Source of the DNA: Chiloscyllium plagiosum
Taxonomy: Eukaryota
Length of the DNA stretch: 20,000 nucleotides
Assembly: GCF_004010195.1 (NCBI RefSeq)
Contig: NC_057759.1
Location: 3,895,394 to 3,915,393, forward strand
Direction of reading: 5' to 3'
Positions within the stretch are counted from its first letter, which is position 1, and each line of letters begins with the position of its first letter. The notes below the pieces were generated by a model. The model was given only the letters and a program-made list of their open reading frames with translations, searched no databases and was not told the DNA's origin. A program made the position numbers and the translations under genes. This document shows, one piece after another, positions 18,582-20,000 of the stretch.

Positions 18582-19480
18582 GTACCTCGATTATCCGAAT
18601 GAGATGGGCAGGCTGTATGCTGTTCTGATGGTTGCTTATTTGGTTAATCTATTCAATGCACCTCCTCTGGTGCTCAGATTTTTCTGTAAAGTCTGCTCCC
18701 CGTTCAGGAGACTGCAGTACACCCTGTGGAGCAGCACAGCGTGCGTGGGCCCCATCCCAACACCATCTAACACCGCCCCCCCAGCCCACCCTCAACTCCG
18801 TCCAACACCGCCCCCACCCGCCCCCGCCCGATCCCTGCCAACACCCAACCAATCCAACACAGCCCCCCCGCCAGCCCCAACCCCATCCAACACCGCCTCA
18901 CTTGCCCCAATCAACATCATGCAACATCGACCCTCGCTACCTCAACCCAGTCTAACACCGCCCCCAACCCCATCCAACACCACCCTCTGTCCACCTCCAA
19001 CACTGGCCAGCAGCTCCCCCTGCCCCCGATCTGCCTCCACCCACCATCTGACACCCGTCCATGCCCCCATCCCAGTGCTCCCCTGCCCCTGTCAGCCTCC
19101 CACCTCCTTCAGGGCAGTTGGACTGCCACAGCAGTAAACTTGCTGCCGCCTTTGTGAGTTAAGTCTCCAAATAGCACACACAAACACAGACAGATGCAAC
19201 GTTTTGACAAGCTCCACCTCTGCCCTGTACAGGACAATGTTAGAGAAAATACCTGGGGAAGGGGAGGGGGGTGGTTTAAGGTTCACCACTATGCAGAGTT
19301 TTTGGGAAACCTTTGGGTGGTAGCCCAGTCACTTGGAGACAATGCCTGGGCTCCCATCAATGTCCACGGACTGTTCTCTGCAGCATTTCAGTGTAAACAA
19401 AACACGTGCTCAGGGTTGAAACAGCTTTTTGATGTACTGTTTGTATCAGGACCTCGAGATCTGTTTCGGATAATCTGATA
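18582..19480 (+). mobile_element. Non-autonomous Tc1/mariner (Tigger/pogo-like) DNA transposon, copy 1, right end interrupted
   Basis: TIR-like acctcgattatccgaa at 18584-18599 and inverted ttcggataatc at 19465-19475; C-rich interior, no transposase ORF. Confidence 0.75.
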
Positions 19481-19482
19481 TA

Positions 19483-20000
19483 AAGAGGAACCTCGATTAT
19501 CCGAAAACCAATTATCTGCAAATCAGATTATCTTAAGGAGTTCTCGAGGTCCCGAAAAAAACATTACATCAAAGGTGTGTTTCAAACAGTGATCATGTCT
19601 TTTTTTACAGTGATTAAATAGGCACCGTCTCCAATTGACTGACATCCCACTTTCCCCACATTTTCCCTGGAGTTCTACAGAGGGGTGAACCCCCACCCAC
19701 TCACCCCCCCCCCCCACCTTTCCAGATAATCTCTCCAACATTGTCCTGTACAGGGCAAATGTGGAAACTGTCAAAACGGTGCAGTAAAAAAGTTGTGTGT
19801 GTGTGGCTATGGCAGTATGTGTGCTATTTGGAGACTTACCCACAAAGGCAGTTGCAGCATCAGTGTTAATGTTGGTGTCCAGTTCAGCTGTCTCGGAGAG
19901 GGGACGGGGGGGGAGACAGGGGCTGCACCGTAGTGTGGGCTGGGGGGCTGTGTCAGATGGGATTGGGGGATGGCGGGGTGGACGGGCAGTGGGCGGAAGG
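19483..20000 (-). mobile_element. Same DNA transposon family, copy 2, inverted, continues beyond window
   Basis: TA (19481-19482) then aagaggaacctcgattatccgaa; interior is the reverse complement of copy 1 (tctccaacattgtcctgtacagggc vs gccctgtacaggacaatgttagaga; tgtgtgctatttggagactta vs taagtctccaaatagcacaca). Confidence 0.8.

Noticed and set aside
18514..19137. 207-aa proline-rich ORF
   Set aside because: Translation of a (CA)n repeat and the C-rich interior of a non-autonomous transposon; no domain evidence.

Overview
Eukaryotic, repeat-dense genomic DNA with three N gaps (2091-2111, 2776-3100, 4879-5378). The repeat families look like those of cartilaginous fish (shark); this comes from my recall of the families, not a search. 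No intact long gene is present. Most of the window is decayed retroelements: many CR1-clade LINE fragments, tRNA-derived SINEs, a rearranged Gypsy LTR retrotransposon with its 3' LTR, and several Penelope-like element (PLE) insertions whose pseudo-LTRs carry minimal hammerhead ribozyme motifs. It also holds two inverted, apparently nested Tc1/mariner (Tigger/pogo-like) non-autonomous elements and microsatellites. The most interesting signals are: (1) repeated fold-back PLE insertions with inversion junctions at or near the hammerhead, one with an intact core and a probable TSD; (2) two ~83-106 bp tandem arrays built from the PLE tail segment lying 3' of the predicted hammerhead cleavage site; (3) an antisense LTR end joined into the Gypsy integrase gene; (4) a candidate host exon encoding a 31-nt phase-1 signal-peptide start (MSLISLLLTL), the architecture of Fc-receptor/FCRL-type genes, with possible upstream non-coding exons.
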